Origin: Verrucomicrobiota bacterium
GTDB lineage: Bacteria; Verrucomicrobiota; Verrucomicrobiia; Opitutales; Coraliomargaritaceae
DNA: 64,000 nt
NCBI GenBank assembly: GCA_039815375.1
Contig: JBCBZJ010000012.1
Coordinates: 24,504 to 88,503 of the forward strand
Direction: 5' to 3'
Part shown: in pieces, positions 40,693-52,488 of the stretch
Layout of the letters: the number at the start of each line of letters is the position of its first letter
Position numbering within the stretch: position 1 is the first letter of the stretch
The notes under the pieces: model-generated
Databases searched by the model: none
Told to the model about the DNA's origin: nothing
What the model saw: the letters and a program-made list of their open reading frames with translations, nothing else
Made by a program: the position numbers and the translations under genes

Positions 40693-43600
40693 TTACTTTT
40701 GAATCAGTTCCCAGCCTTCTGTTTGGATCATGGCTTCGGCCTTCTTAAACTTAATTTGCTTTTCTTCAGGACCTTTTCGGATGGTTACGATGTCATTGCG
40801 TCCGATCTTGGGCAGCTCACGGCGAATCGGTTCTACCTTAGGCAATTCAACCTGTTTCCTTGGAGCATTTGTTTGCTGAGCTTGCTGCCCTTGAGCTGCT
40901 GCAGCGGCACCTGCCAGAGCGCTGGCTTGAGGACTATCTGTTCCGGGCCCTGCAACCTGCGCCACCCGAGACAGCCTTGAGAGCATATTTTGAAATGCCT
41001 CAGCGGTGGTCGCACTGCGAAAGACAGAATTACAAATTTCCGTGCGAACATTCTGCATGAGTTCCTCAAAAAAGACATAAGCCTCGCTCTTGTATTCATT
41101 AAGCGGATCCTTTTGGCCATAACCACGAAGATTTACGCTGCGGCGGAGTTCCTCCATCTCCGTGAGGTGATCCTGCCAGCGGCGATCAAGTGAACGAATG
41201 ATGAGGAAGCGTTCGAGACCAACAAGTGCTTCTCTTTCTTCGATTTGCTCACGCTGGTCATAGGCTTCATTGATCTTGTTGAGGATCAGGTCATGCTGCT
41301 CCTGCGGCTGTTGCTGTTGAATTTCCTCTGCCTTGAGAGCGATTGGAAAGTAGGCGTTGAGCCAGGCGAGGAAGCGATCCATCGCTTCGTTGTCGTTACC
41401 CTGCTCCGAGTCGAGAATGTTGAGGCGCTCTTCAAGCTCTTCCTCGATCATCTCAAAGACGATGTCCCGAGGCGTATCCGAGTGGATCGCATCATTGCGC
41501 AGACCGTAAATTACCTCGCGCTGCGTATTGAGCACATCATCAAACTGAAGCAGGCGTTTCCGAATCGAGAAGTTCTGTTGCTCGACCTTCTTCTGCGCGT
41601 TCTCGATTGACCAGTTAAGCATTGGGTGCTCGAGCTCTTCATCCTCGCTCATCGATTTCTCAAGAACCTTGGAAATTGGACCCGCGTTTGCGAAGAGACG
41701 CATCAAATCATCCTCTAAAGAAACAAAAAACTTGGACAAACCAGGGTCACCCTGACGAGCACAACGTCCCCGCAGCTGACGGTCAATCCGACGGGACTCA
41801 TGGCGCTCCGTGCCAATCACGTAAAGACCGCCAAGATCATGCACACCGTTGCCAAGCTTGATATCGGTTCCGCGGCCCGCCATATTCGTAGCAATCGTCA
41901 CCGCACTCTTTTGACCCGCCTTGGCAACAATTTCCGCCTCCTGTTCGTGGAACTTCGCGTTTAGGACGCTATGCGTAATCTTACCGCGCTTTAGCATTCG
42001 GCTCAATAGCTCTGAGGACTCGACCGAGGCTGTACCAACAAGCACAGGTTGGCCCTCTTTGTTGGCTACTTCGATTTCCTTAACTACCGCATTGTATTTC
42101 TCACGGCGGGTTTTGAAAACGACATCGTTGAGATCCTTGCGGACATTGGGCCTGTGCGTTGGAATGACCATGACCGAAAGACCATAGATTTCACTGAACT
42201 CGGAAGCTTCTGTTTCAGCGGTTCCGGTCATACCAGACAGCTTGTCATACATCCGGAAGTAATTCTGGATCGTCACACTGGCATAGGTCTTGGTCTCCTT
42301 CTCAATGGTGCAGTTTTCCTTCGCCTCGACTGCCTGATGCAGACCATCCGACCAGCGGCGTCCGGGCATGACGCGGCCAGTATTCTGGTCGACGATATTC
42401 ACCTTTCCGTTCTGAACTACGTATTCTTTATCGCGCTCGTAAAGGCTATAGGCACGAAGCAACTGACTAATGCAGTGAATGCGCTCGCTGGTCTGCTGGA
42501 AAACCGTCTCTGCCTCTTGTTTGGTCTGCTGTCTCTCTTCAGGGGAAAGCTCTCCACGTTTATCGATTTCGATGAACTGCTCGGGCAGGTCCGGCAACAT
42601 AAAGGCGTCCGGATCGTCCGGGCTCATGAAAGCACGGCCTTTCTCACTCAAATCAGCCTGCTGCTGTTTTTCATCAATCACATAGAAAAGCTCTTCCTTA
42701 AGGGCGTAGCGACGCTCCTTGTTAAAATCACTGGCCATCTCAAGATCGAAGGCATCAACAGCGCGGCGAACCGCAGGGATCTCATTCAGGCGGTGGAACT
42801 GCTTGTTCTTCGGCATTCCCAGTTTCACTTGATAAAGATTCACGATAGCCTCGTCGCGGGCTTCCTGATCGAGGCCATCCTGATCGAGGACTTTCTTCGC
42901 CTCTGCAACCAAGGAGTTACACATCGATTGTTGCTTGGATACCAACCTCTGAATGCTGGGCTTCACCTCGTGAAATGGCAAAGGATTGTCATCCTGCATC
43001 GGCCCGGAGATGATTAGCGGTGTGCGCGCCTCATCGACCAGAATAGAGTCCACTTCGTCGATGATACAAAAGTAGTGATCACGCTGAACCTGGTCCTCCT
43101 TGCGACTGGTCATGCCGTTATCGCGCAGATAATCGAAACCAAATTCAGAAGCGGTGCCGTAAGTAATATTACAGTTATACATCTCCTGACGTAAGGCTGG
43201 GTCCATGCTATTTTGAATACAGCCAACGGTCAGACCAAGGAACCTGAATAGATGCCCCATCCACTCGGAGTCACGGCGTGCCAGATAGTCGTTCACTGTA
43301 ACAAGCTGACAGTTACGACCGGAGAGTGCATTCAGGTAGAGTGGGCAAGTCGAAACGAGGGTCTTACCCTCACCCGTAGCCATTTCAGCAATGCGCTTCT
43401 CATGCAGAGCAATGCCACCAATAAACTGCACATCGTAATGCACCATCTCCCATGCAAGCATATGGTCGCAGACCTCGTATTCTTTGCCGCACATCCGTCG
43501 CGCAGCATTCTTCACAGTAGCAAATGCTTCCGGCAGGAGGTCGTCCAGACTCTCACCCTTTTCGAAGCGCTCCATAAACTCAGCCGTCTTTGCGCGCAGC

Positions 43601-43725
43601 TGCTCATCCGTGAGCGACTGATATTCCACCTCGAGAACATTAATGCGCTCGATAATCGGCTGACACTTCTTAAGGTATTTCTTATAGTGGTTACCGGAGA
43701 ACTTCTTGAGAATGGCGTTGATCAT
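40693..43725 (-). CDS. secA: Preprotein translocase ATPase SecA
   Basis: [57 protein letters not shown]. Confidence 0.97.
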   Translation of the reverse strand: MINAILKKFSGNHYKKYLKKCQPIIERINVLEVEYQSLTDEQLRAKTAEFMERFEKGESLDDLLPEAFATVKNAARRMCGKEYEVCDHMLAWEMVHYDVQFIGGIALHEKRIAEMATGEGKTLVSTCPLYLNALSGRNCQLVTVNDYLARRDSEWMGHLFRFLGLTVGCIQNSMDPALRQEMYNCNITYGTASEFGFDYLRDNGMTSRKEDQVQRDHYFCIIDEVDSILVDEARTPLIISGPMQDDNPLPFHEVKPSIQRLVSKQQSMCNSLVAEAKKVLDQDGLDQEARDEAIVNLYQVKLGMPKNKQFHRLNEIPAVRRAVDAFDLEMASDFNKERRYALKEELFYVIDEKQQQADLSEKGRAFMSPDDPDAFMLPDLPEQFIEIDKRGELSPEERQQTKQEAETVFQQTSERIHCISQLLRAYSLYERDKEYVVQNGKVNIVDQNTGRVMPGRRWSDGLHQAVEAKENCTIEKETKTYASVTIQNYFRMYDKLSGMTGTAETEASEFSEIYGLSVMVIPTHRPNVRKDLNDVVFKTRREKYNAVVKEIEVANKEGQPVLVGTASVESSELLSRMLKRGKITHSVLNAKFHEQEAEIVAKAGQKSAVTIATNMAGRGTDIKLGNGVHDLGGLYVIGTERHESRRIDRQLRGRCARQGDPGLSKFFVSLEDDLMRLFANAGPISKVLEKSMSEDEELEHPMLNWSIENAQKKVEQQNFSIRKRLLQFDDVLNTQREVIYGLRNDAIHSDTPRDIVFEMIEEELEERLNILDSEQGNDNEAMDRFLAWLNAYFPIALKAEEIQQQQPQEQHDLILNKINEAYDQREQIEEREALVGLERFLIIRSLDRRWQDHLTEMEELRRSVNLRGYGQKDPLNEYKSEAYVFFEELMQNVRTEICNSVFRSATTAEAFQNMLSRLSRVAQVAGPGTDSPQASALAGAAAAAQGQQAQQTNAPRKQVELPKVEPIRRELPKIGRNDIVTIRKGPEEKQIKFKKAEAMIQTEGWELIQK

Positions 43726-43929
43726 GGGACCTAAAAAGACTGAAAGCTGAAGCTACGCTTGTTTGTAGCCACTAGGGACAACAAAATTACGAAGAGGCTC
43801 CGAAATTGGTAAATGCCTTAAAAACGGCAAGAGCGGATTTCGACAAGTCGCAGAGCAGGCAAAAAAGGTATAATCCGAGGTGGTCCCCGTAATAAGAGGC
43901 CCACCTCGGTTCGAGTATCTGAAGGTGCT

Positions 43930-46900
43930 CTACAAATTGATATTAAATCTGAAGAAGCCCTGCCCATTGAATGGAGTGGAAACAACCAGCTCTTCAATAC
44001 CATCTACGATATTAGAAAAGATTACATTGTAGTCGACACCTTCAACGAGAGCAACCCATGGATCATTCAAATCCGCTTTGCCCTGTAGTTCAAAAACTCC
44101 CTCAGCGAGACCTACCCGACGTCGGAACTCAACAAATATGTCGCTTGTATTCGGATCAGTGACAATGGAAGGAAGGCCTTTCGGGTTGGCATTGAAAATA
44201 GCAGGATTGGTTCCGATGACATACTCTACCCCGGTATCCACATTGTCTTCATCAGGATCGTCAAATTGGTCGTCGGCTGCAGGGTCCTGCAAAAAGAAAG
44301 ACTGATACCATGCAATATAATCCTCATCCAGAGAAAGATCCAAATCTCCAATGACTAGGCTGATTGGGAAGAAAAAGCTCCCTTCCGTGTCCTCATCCTG
44401 AGGCCAGACAAAAGCGAGGAAGCTTGTATCCGTGAAACCATCCAGCAGGTCACTGGTATCAATGCTGAACTGGAAAATTCCCTGACTATCTTTGGCTACT
44501 GAGCCACCATCAGTGCTCAAGACGGAATATGGCGTAATGTTTATGGCCGTATTTACACTGCTGCAAAGACGCTCCAAGCCAATGGGCGCATCAAAGGTCC
44601 GTATCAATGTTCCAGAATTCCAATTAACTGCATATACAGTTTCATTGTAATCAACCGCGTAGATCGTCGAATTATCGTGGAAATACGTAAGTGTAATAAT
44701 ATCGAACGCTTCAATTACGAAATTAAGTAGATTGGTTTCACGTTCCCGGACGCGAGTGATCGTATCATCAAGTGGTGCAGGAATCTCCCATTCGATAATA
44801 TCGTTACCGCGGCCAGTATAGAAGACGCCACCATCCAAGTTGACACTGGCACTCATACGCTCGAGCGTTGTGGTATCAACAGAAGAAAATCCAAGCTCGT
44901 CCATCTCACCGAGGAAGACAGAGAGCAATGGTGTTTGATCGGGATCGGTGGGATCCAGACCAAGATTGATTTGGTAGAGGCCGTCGACACTGAACTGGCT
45001 ACGATCCAATACGACCATAGCAAGCGAGGAGACGAAGTCGATCCCTCCCAATGCATTTTCTACCGGGACTCTAACCGTAAGTAAGGTTTCAGCAATCTGA
45101 CCGCCGACGCTAAGAAGATCTATTTCGTATTCCAGAAGGAACGAAAAGTCGTTTATTGAATAAGCGAAAAGCCTGGTGCGCCCTAATTCGTTCTTGGCAA
45201 GGATCCATATCTGCTGATCGAAGTAATCCAGATCTACCGCGAATTGGCCTTCGGGCAAGGTTATATCGATTTCTTCGGTAACCGAGAAATCCGCTTCGTC
45301 GATGGCAAGTATTGTTGGCGTGTTAGATCCTACACCTCTCATACCGTAAACTGTATCAGTAACAACAACACCATTTTCTTCGGTCTTGGATACTTCGTAA
45401 GGTAGAATTTCCGGTGAAGTTCCAATGTTGGAGATAGGGACGTTAAACACAAACGGACCGCTACCTTCAGGTAGGGTCACATTGACGCCCGGTAACTCTA
45501 CCTGAAGGTCACCAGTGCCGATAACAAAGTCCAATAATTGATTGGGATTCAATGGTGTGAAATTGAGAGGCTCAGGCGAGCTGGGCAGGAAGCCATCAGC
45601 CGATGCGCTGGCAAACGCGAAACCGGCAAAGGTATCGATGTTATAACTACCTGTCTCGTCAGTCACCGCCGTAATCTCGACAAAGCCATCAACGGTGTTC
45701 ACAGAAAGAGAAACTGTCGCCCCGGCGATAGGAGTTACTCCGTCAACCGCATCATAAACAAAGCCTGAAAGCGTAGCGTTTTGTAAACTTGTTTGTTCAA
45801 CAAATACGGAATCCTCGCGGTCGGTATCAAACTCAACAAGGACGCGGAATGTCAGATCCTGACTGAGGTCATTTGCACCCAGTGCTGTCGCATCCACTTC
45901 GAAAACATCATTCAGCAAGATCTGGTTCCCGGCGGGAATGTTGATTACTGGTACTGGCACAACCGTAACAATACTTGCGAACGCACCGCCTTCCGTAATC
46001 TCGAGGGTAAGAGTGATGCCGGTCGCAGTATCTACGCCCGTATTTTGCAGCAGCACATCAAAGAATATCGTTTCACCAGGGTTGAGAATATCGTCTCCAT
46101 TTCCGCTGTTCGGATCAACCGTGACATTGACCGACTCTACTTCGACGTTAGCTTCGGTAATTGAGAGCAAAGCGTTTTTTGCATTCAGGCGACCACCTGT
46201 TAACGTCACCCCGTCGAACTCATCCAGCTTATCAACAGAATTCAGAATCGCATCTTTCAAATCCTCGAAGTCGAAGAATAGATCGTCTTCATCTGCTTGG
46301 GCTGCCAGCAGAGCAGCAACACCCGTTACATGAGGAGCAGCCATTGAAGTGCCGCTCAATAGGCCAGTAGTGTTGTCGAGCCCGAGATTGTGAATTTCGT
46401 CACCCGGAGCCGCGAGATCAACCGTTGTCGCACCAAAGTTTGAGAAGTCTGCGAGCAAATCGTTGTCATCACTAGCTGCAACGGAAATAATATTGGCAAG
46501 GTCATACGAAGCCGGGAAGCTCGCAGCCTCCGAACTATCGTTGTTAATGCCATCGTTCCCTGCAGCTGCGACGACTAGAACACCTGTGCTTCCGGCATCA
46601 CGTGCATTTCTTAGAGCGAAATACATCGGGTCGGAAATATCGTTCACACCACCTCCGCTTACACCCAAGGACATATTGACGATCTTCGCACCATTGGCCT
46701 GAGCGTAATTTAACCCACTGATCACGTCTGAAACGGTCCCCAATCCGAATGCATCAAGAACTCTCACCGGCAGAATAGTCACATCCCAATTGATACCTGC
46801 CACTTGAAGCGCGTTGTTGGAACGCGCTCCAATAGTTCCGGCAACATGTGTTCCGTGGCCATCGAGGTCTTCCGGAACGTTATCAAGATCAACGAAGTCC

Positions 46901-47820
46901 CGGCCAAAAACGAACTGCGATCCATCAAAAGTGACGAAAAGATTATCGCGAATATCCAAATGATCCAGATCCACACCTGTGTCGATTACCGCAACAATAA
47001 CATCAGAACTACCGGTTTCGATGTCCCATGCCTCTTCAGCATCAATGTCAGCATCGACCGTGCCAGCAGTCTGCCCTGTATTCTCAAGCGACCACTGAAG
47101 GTTTGCATAGTCGGGATCGTCAGGAGCAACGGATGAATAGGCAAGCCTGTCAATAGACGCATGTACTCCATGCGCTTCAAAACGCTTTTGATAGAAAGCA
47201 AGCTGCTCCCGATCCAAATCGAGGTCGAGCGGGAACTCCACGAGGTAGTGCCCTTCAACTTCAAGCTCACTGCGAATCGATAAGCCAAAGTTAATTAGAA
47301 GACCATCAAGGTAGGGCTTCTGTCCTTCTTTTAGGCGTATGATAAGATGATCGGCAACATATGCCTCCTGCCTTGTGAGTTTAGCATCCGGCGAGATTGA
47401 CGGATCCTGATCAAAATACTCGTCGAAGCGAATATTAGGGTATTTAAAGTTCTCCGCGTAGTAAAATGAAACCCGTTTGTAACCTCCGGAACCAGAGAGT
47501 TCGCCTTCTCTTACGGATCGTTTTGCCCAGACTTGCCGAGCCTGCTCTAACCGGTTGGACGGTTCACTTTCATTCCGAGGACTGATCGAGGGCACCTCAC
47601 CTGTAGTTGAGTCGCCTGAACCATCCTCATTGCCCAAGCTTGAAAAAGATTCGCCGGATTCCTTCTGAGCTAGATCTGCTGCAGCAAAAGCCTCACGGTT
47701 TAGAGCTTGATCCGTTTTTGCCTGATCGGTGCCAGAGTTTTCTAGCTGATGCCAAAGCAGGGTCAAAAGACACGCTAGCATCAAGACAATGATTGGGATC
47801 AATATGCCTCTCTTTTTCAT
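43930..47820 (-). CDS. Large S8 family (subtilisin-like) serine peptidase
   Basis: VAVIDTG, GHGTHVAG, AAAGN, GTSMAAPHV; N-terminal anchor; acidic beta-rich C-terminal region ending DL..PW...FFR. Confidence 0.93.
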   Translation of the reverse strand: MKKRGILIPIIVLMLACLLTLLWHQLENSGTDQAKTDQALNREAFAAADLAQKESGESFSSLGNEDGSGDSTTGEVPSISPRNESEPSNRLEQARQVWAKRSVREGELSGSGGYKRVSFYYAENFKYPNIRFDEYFDQDPSISPDAKLTRQEAYVADHLIIRLKEGQKPYLDGLLINFGLSIRSELEVEGHYLVEFPLDLDLDREQLAFYQKRFEAHGVHASIDRLAYSSVAPDDPDYANLQWSLENTGQTAGTVDADIDAEEAWDIETGSSDVIVAVIDTGVDLDHLDIRDNLFVTFDGSQFVFGRDFVDLDNVPEDLDGHGTHVAGTIGARSNNALQVAGINWDVTILPVRVLDAFGLGTVSDVISGLNYAQANGAKIVNMSLGVSGGGVNDISDPMYFALRNARDAGSTGVLVVAAAGNDGINNDSSEAASFPASYDLANIISVAASDDNDLLADFSNFGATTVDLAAPGDEIHNLGLDNTTGLLSGTSMAAPHVTGVAALLAAQADEDDLFFDFEDLKDAILNSVDKLDEFDGVTLTGGRLNAKNALLSITEANVEVESVNVTVDPNSGNGDDILNPGETIFFDVLLQNTGVDTATGITLTLEITEGGAFASIVTVVPVPVINIPAGNQILLNDVFEVDATALGANDLSQDLTFRVLVEFDTDREDSVFVEQTSLQNATLSGFVYDAVDGVTPIAGATVSLSVNTVDGFVEITAVTDETGSYNIDTFAGFAFASASADGFLPSSPEPLNFTPLNPNQLLDFVIGTGDLQVELPGVNVTLPEGSGPFVFNVPISNIGTSPEILPYEVSKTEENGVVVTDTVYGMRGVGSNTPTILAIDEADFSVTEEIDITLPEGQFAVDLDYFDQQIWILAKNELGRTRLFAYSINDFSFLLEYEIDLLSVGGQIAETLLTVRVPVENALGGIDFVSSLAMVVLDRSQFSVDGLYQINLGLDPTDPDQTPLLSVFLGEMDELGFSSVDTTTLERMSASVNLDGGVFYTGRGNDIIEWEIPAPLDDTITRVRERETNLLNFVIEAFDIITLTYFHDNSTIYAVDYNETVYAVNWNSGTLIRTFDAPIGLERLCSSVNTAINITPYSVLSTDGGSVAKDSQGIFQFSIDTSDLLDGFTDTSFLAFVWPQDEDTEGSFFFPISLVIGDLDLSLDEDYIAWYQSFFLQDPAADDQFDDPDEDNVDTGVEYVIGTNPAIFNANPKGLPSIVTDPNTSDIFVEFRRRVGLAEGVFELQGKADLNDPWVALVEGVDYNVIFSNIVDGIEELVVSTPFNGQGFFRFNINL

Positions 47821-47870
47821 ACTATTCGATTTAGAGTCGGGTTGCTGGAGTAGGGGTAAATCAAAACGAG

Positions 47871-50606
47871 TTACTGTTCCAACTCGATGGATCTGTTAGC
47901 AGAACCACTTGGCGTCATGATCGTCGGGTTTTGAAATAGTGAGTTTGCATCAACATTTCGGTAACTCTGACGAGCGGGAGAACCGCCTGGGCTAACAAGG
48001 TTTGCGGTCACAAAGATAAGCAGATTCTTCTTCTGACGAGTCTCCCCTTCCGAGCGGAACAAACGGCCTACGCCAGGAATGTCACCCAAGACAGGAACTT
48101 TGTCGTTTACGCTTTTGATTTCATCGCGAGTCAGACCACCCATGACGATTGTCGCACCATCGAAGATAGTAACCTCTGTGCTTATTTCACGAGTCGAGAA
48201 AATAGGCTGAAAGAAGCCAGCAGGAACAGTCACCGTAGTTTCACCGGCAATTGCCACACTAGGACCGCCATACTCGACGAAACCTTCAAACTCAGTCACG
48301 CGTGGCTCAAGAGTGAGACTAATCGTATCGTCGTTCTCAACATTTGGTGTGACCGATAGTTCCACACCTACATTGCGAGTCACAAAGTCTTGTGGCGTGC
48401 CAGCTGTAATCGAAATCGAAGATCTCGAATTGTTATTATTGTTATTTCCGCCGCCACCGCCGGAAGCAGTCGACTCAATGTCACCATAGCTCTCAGGATA
48501 GCGAAGTTCCTGAGCAACAGTTATGTTGGCACGCTTACCTGAAAGGACGGTAACCTTAGGAGCACTCATCAAATCACTGCCCGATTTGCGGGATAGAGCA
48601 CGGATTGCCATGTCAACGCTGTAATTATCGAATCCGATAATTCCGGTTTTGGAGTAGGTATCCGCACTCACGTCACTTGCAAAATCAAGTGCATCCGGGA
48701 TCGAAGGAGGAGTGATCGGGAGCTGAAGGTCCAATGCTGGCGTCTGTGAAACAATACTACCAAAAACATCACGTTCGATTTGTTCCGGTCTTGTGACGTT
48801 GATACTACTAATAGCACTATCAACATCGAATGCATCTGAAAGAGAGCGTGGGCTGAATTGTGCGACGGTTTCGCCGTTTTGATTAATCGACCAATCAAAG
48901 CCGACTTCGTCCAAATCGTTTTGTGCCACCTCAAGGAACTTGGCCTCGATTTCCACCTGCTTTACTTCATTGTAATTACGCAGGATTGTGCGGAGCCTCT
49001 CAAGGTTACGACGCGTCTGCGTCACGATCAGCTGCTCACCATCAAATGCGAGACTAGTGCCGGGCAGCTCAAAATTGACTCCTGCGCTTTGGAAAAAGTT
49101 CTGCAGTGCTTCAGTCTCTTCATTTTGCGATGGGCCGGAAGACGTTGCAACAGGAGCAGCAAAAGGATCGATAGGGCCTGCAGAGGCACCGCCACCATCA
49201 CGAAATCCGGTAAGGCGAATGACTGTGGCCCGGGAAATCGGGAAGAATTCTGTAATACTTGAAGCATTACCATCAAGACGATCACTCGGCTGTATGGTCA
49301 CTGCATCGCCACCTACATCGTAGGCGAAATTCACCTGCTGAGTCACAAACTGAAGGATACGGTCCAGATTTAGGTTTCGGAGACTGATATTAACTCTCGG
49401 GTTGTTATCGTTCGGGTTAAAGAGCGGGATGATGTTCACACCTTGCTGCTCCGGATCGTAAACGAGTGATAGTTCAGAAAGCGTTTCGATCACACGAGTC
49501 AGCTCCATGCCGGAGAAGTTCACTTGAGGAATGACGATTGCATTCAGTTTATCCTGAATACGTCCTCCTTCGTCTACAACTTCTGTGTTGCCTACGGAAA
49601 TGTCAAAAACCTTGGGGCGCTCCCATGCTTGTTCCACTTCAGTGAGCATTTGCTCGCGAGTCTTGTAGAAATTTTGGCCGTGGATCTCCCCAAGAATTTC
49701 CGCAATACGGGTCTGAAAGAGCTTAGCCTCTGCGTTGTTCGCATCGCGTGCTTCAACTTCCTTGAAAGTTCTCTGGGCGCCATCATAGTCACCGTTAAGG
49801 TATTGTGCGCGCCCGCGAGTCAAGAGATCGCGAACAAGCATGCTCTGAGCAACATACTGGGGACTAATCTCGTTAATATCCAAGGCATAGGGATTAGAAA
49901 TATCACGGTCGAGATCACGGGCCAAAGACTTCGCCTCGCGCGAGGAACCACCCGCAGAGCGGTAATCCTGAACCAGTGCTTCCGCACCTTTGACATCTCC
50001 GGATTCTGCCAGAGCGCGCGCCTCTGCGAGAATAACATCTGCTTTTGCATCTTCGACCGCTTCGATTGTTGAGGCAGTCGCAGTGTTCAAGGGCAGACTA
50101 GCTGCTGCGGAATTAAGAAGGTTGTTTGCATCGGCATAGGCACCAAGTTCGGCAAGCTGAGCCGATTCAGCAATCGCGACTTCAGCCGCAGCTAGCCTCT
50201 GCTCTTGGTCCTGTGTGGCAGCAGCAACAAGCTCTTCAGCTTCGCTCAAGGGTGCCGGCCCAGGCTCGGGGCTAGGCATGGACATTGCTTCATCAATCGA
50301 TTCTTCAAGCGGCTGATTGTAGGCTGCTTCAGCACTTGGCTGACCTTCGAGCGAACGGTTAATCGATATCAGGAGGCGCTGAATGTTCTCGTCATCAGGA
50401 GCAAGCTTGATCAGCTCTTCGGCTTTTTCCTTGGCAAGAACAAAGTTACCGGAATCACGTGCACGAAGGGTGTCCGCCATAAGACGAATTTTGTCAGGAG
50501 CACTTTGCGCCTCGACAAGTTTTGGCGTAACCAGAGTGAGTGCTGCAAGAACTACCGCAATGAGGAGGGCAGTGAGGCGCATGCGCGCTGCGAGGTATCG
50601 TTTCAT
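47871..50606 (-). CDS. Secretin (type II/IV-pilus secretion, Amuc_1098-like)
   Basis: QVEIEAKFLEV, DLMSAPKVT..SG, RNVGVEL.V.P, KVP.LGDIP..GRLFRS, NLLIFVTA. Confidence 0.9.
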   Translation of the reverse strand: MKRYLAARMRLTALLIAVVLAALTLVTPKLVEAQSAPDKIRLMADTLRARDSGNFVLAKEKAEELIKLAPDDENIQRLLISINRSLEGQPSAEAAYNQPLEESIDEAMSMPSPEPGPAPLSEAEELVAAATQDQEQRLAAAEVAIAESAQLAELGAYADANNLLNSAAASLPLNTATASTIEAVEDAKADVILAEARALAESGDVKGAEALVQDYRSAGGSSREAKSLARDLDRDISNPYALDINEISPQYVAQSMLVRDLLTRGRAQYLNGDYDGAQRTFKEVEARDANNAEAKLFQTRIAEILGEIHGQNFYKTREQMLTEVEQAWERPKVFDISVGNTEVVDEGGRIQDKLNAIVIPQVNFSGMELTRVIETLSELSLVYDPEQQGVNIIPLFNPNDNNPRVNISLRNLNLDRILQFVTQQVNFAYDVGGDAVTIQPSDRLDGNASSITEFFPISRATVIRLTGFRDGGGASAGPIDPFAAPVATSSGPSQNEETEALQNFFQSAGVNFELPGTSLAFDGEQLIVTQTRRNLERLRTILRNYNEVKQVEIEAKFLEVAQNDLDEVGFDWSINQNGETVAQFSPRSLSDAFDVDSAISSINVTRPEQIERDVFGSIVSQTPALDLQLPITPPSIPDALDFASDVSADTYSKTGIIGFDNYSVDMAIRALSRKSGSDLMSAPKVTVLSGKRANITVAQELRYPESYGDIESTASGGGGGNNNNNNSRSSISITAGTPQDFVTRNVGVELSVTPNVENDDTISLTLEPRVTEFEGFVEYGGPSVAIAGETTVTVPAGFFQPIFSTREISTEVTIFDGATIVMGGLTRDEIKSVNDKVPVLGDIPGVGRLFRSEGETRQKKNLLIFVTANLVSPGGSPARQSYRNVDANSLFQNPTIMTPSGSANRSIELEQ

Positions 50607-50630
50607 AAGATGTTTGGGTCTGTTATTTGT

Positions 50631-51524
50631 TTAAAAGTTCAAGTCGAGGACTTCGATCGAGGGTAAGACCTCTGCATCGGATTCGTCGGGCTCGTTTTCT
50701 TGGGGAATAAATTGAGGGGATAAAACACGGACTTCCGCTTCGCCGTCTCCCATAGCCTGTTTTTCAAACGTAGCACTATTTTCTTCAAGATTAATTTTTT
50801 GCAAGACGTATTGTGCGGAAGCTAGCTCAAAGGAAGCTCCCTCCTCGGTAAGCTCGATGCGTTCTTCAGGATTCTCTTCTGACGCGACGACCACGGTAAC
50901 AGTCGAGTCGAACAAGCGCTCACCATGGATAAAGGTAACTTGCTCACCCGCGCGCTCATCCATAAGCTCTAACTTAACCGTCTTGAGAACAGTGCTTTCT
51001 GCGGGATCGAACTTTCTTTCAATCATGAAGTCGAGAACCGTCAATTCCGCTTCCGCAATTGCTTCGCCGGGGCGAACTCGAATTTGAATCTTCCGTTCTT
51101 CATCGTAAAGCAGAATGAGACTTTTTGAGGCGTCACTCAGATCTTCTTCAATATAACCCTCGAATTGAATGCGGTAGAGTTTGCGTGCGACGTCGACAAG
51201 GAAGATTCCAAACGGTTCTGGTGGGGTGGGAAGCTTCGGAGGCTCCGCCGTGAAAAGACCGTCTTTATCGATATAAATTTTTGGCGGCGTAAAGACGTCG
51301 TAGAGCCAATCCGGGCCAGACGATTGGGGAAGAGGCTCGGGCCATTCCGCTTCGACCGAACCCGACTCGGGCACCGGTACAGCAACATAGGGATTTTCAG
51401 CAGGCTGCGATGGGCCTGACGAACCAAATTCGTCTGCTCCGGATTTCAGCACAAAAAGAGCTGCGCCGCCAAGGAGTGCTAGGCCCGCGAGCAGAAGCAG
51501 GAGCTTGTCGTAGATCTTATTCAT
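50631..51524 (-). CDS. Amuc_1099-like pilus-system protein
   Basis: N-terminal YDKLLL + TM, VFTPP motif; position in the operon. Confidence 0.6.
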   Translation of the reverse strand: MNKIYDKLLLLLAGLALLGGAALFVLKSGADEFGSSGPSQPAENPYVAVPVPESGSVEAEWPEPLPQSSGPDWLYDVFTPPKIYIDKDGLFTAEPPKLPTPPEPFGIFLVDVARKLYRIQFEGYIEEDLSDASKSLILLYDEERKIQIRVRPGEAIAEAELTVLDFMIERKFDPAESTVLKTVKLELMDERAGEQVTFIHGERLFDSTVTVVVASEENPEERIELTEEGASFELASAQYVLQKINLEENSATFEKQAMGDGEAEVRVLSPQFIPQENEPDESDAEVLPSIEVLDLNF

Positions 51525-52483
51525 GCGGGGTCAGAAAGTTCTTCGTTCGATGCATCGGGGAGAACCACCTCGATAAACTCAACGACTACGGTGAAGTTGG
51601 AAATATTCTCTTCGATGACTGGCATCTGGGTCTCTTGCGGCATCTCTGATTCTACTGAATCGTCATTCCCAAAGATACCGAAAAGTTCGTCCAGATTGTT
51701 TCCGCTGCCGGGACTAACAACAGTTTCACTTCCAGATGGCCGTTCGACAGATATACTCCGAACGACAATCGGTAGATCGAATTTGGATAGACTATTCAAG
51801 AATGACCGCAAAGAGCTGGTGTAGCCGGAAAAGCTGAGACTGTAGGCCATGGTGTCGATAGCACCAGGCACACGAGCCGAGACGACATCATCGATCATGA
51901 AGCCACTCTCTCCTTCAATCTCTAAAATCTCCCTCTGAATTGCATCGATCGACCTCGGATCAGACTGGATAAGCTGCGTAACGAGGTAGGTAACAATCTG
52001 GCGCTGTTTATCGAGAATGGCGATCTTGGCAGAGTCTTCGATAGGCGGAGTTTGATCGACGTATTGCTCAAAACCAAAACCGAATTCCTCTGGAATTAAA
52101 ATCGGAGCGGGAATGCCTTCCGAATTCTCGTGTGCCTCAACAATCTTTTGATGTTCAAAGATGAACTGCTGCAGTCCTGCCATTACGCTTACCCCATCCG
52201 ATGAGGTAGTTAGACCCGAGCCGCGCTGGAGATTTTCGCGGATCGCACCAAGCGCTGCGATTAACTTGGCAACGTTCTGCTCGGCCGCTTCAACATTAGC
52301 TGTAGTTGGAGCCGGATTTGCATAAAGAAGGCTGTTCAATTGGTTTTTACTGGTCTCAAAGGTGCGCTGGGACTTCTTCACTTTACCGGCCTCGGACATG
52401 GCGAAAAAGACTCCCACACCGAAAACCAGCACACAGATCAAAACGAAAACGCAAAAAACCAAGTTCTTTTTAATAAAGCCCAT
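51521..52483 (-). CDS. Amuc_1100-like (PilO-like) protein
   Basis: FIKKN + TM, FGFGFEQY, F.G....LR.FLN.L, VVRS..V; position in the operon. Confidence 0.7.
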   Translation of the reverse strand: MGFIKKNLVFCVFVLICVLVFGVGVFFAMSEAGKVKKSQRTFETSKNQLNSLLYANPAPTTANVEAAEQNVAKLIAALGAIRENLQRGSGLTTSSDGVSVMAGLQQFIFEHQKIVEAHENSEGIPAPILIPEEFGFGFEQYVDQTPPIEDSAKIAILDKQRQIVTYLVTQLIQSDPRSIDAIQREILEIEGESGFMIDDVVSARVPGAIDTMAYSLSFSGYTSSLRSFLNSLSKFDLPIVVRSISVERPSGSETVVSPGSGNNLDELFGIFGNDDSVESEMPQETQMPVIEENISNFTVVVEFIEVVLPDASNEELSDPA

Positions 52484-52488
52484 AATAG

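Noticed and set aside
48425..48465. Gly/Asn low-complexity tract in the secretin as a phase-variable repeat
   Set aside because: In-frame with mixed codons; an ordinary flexible loop
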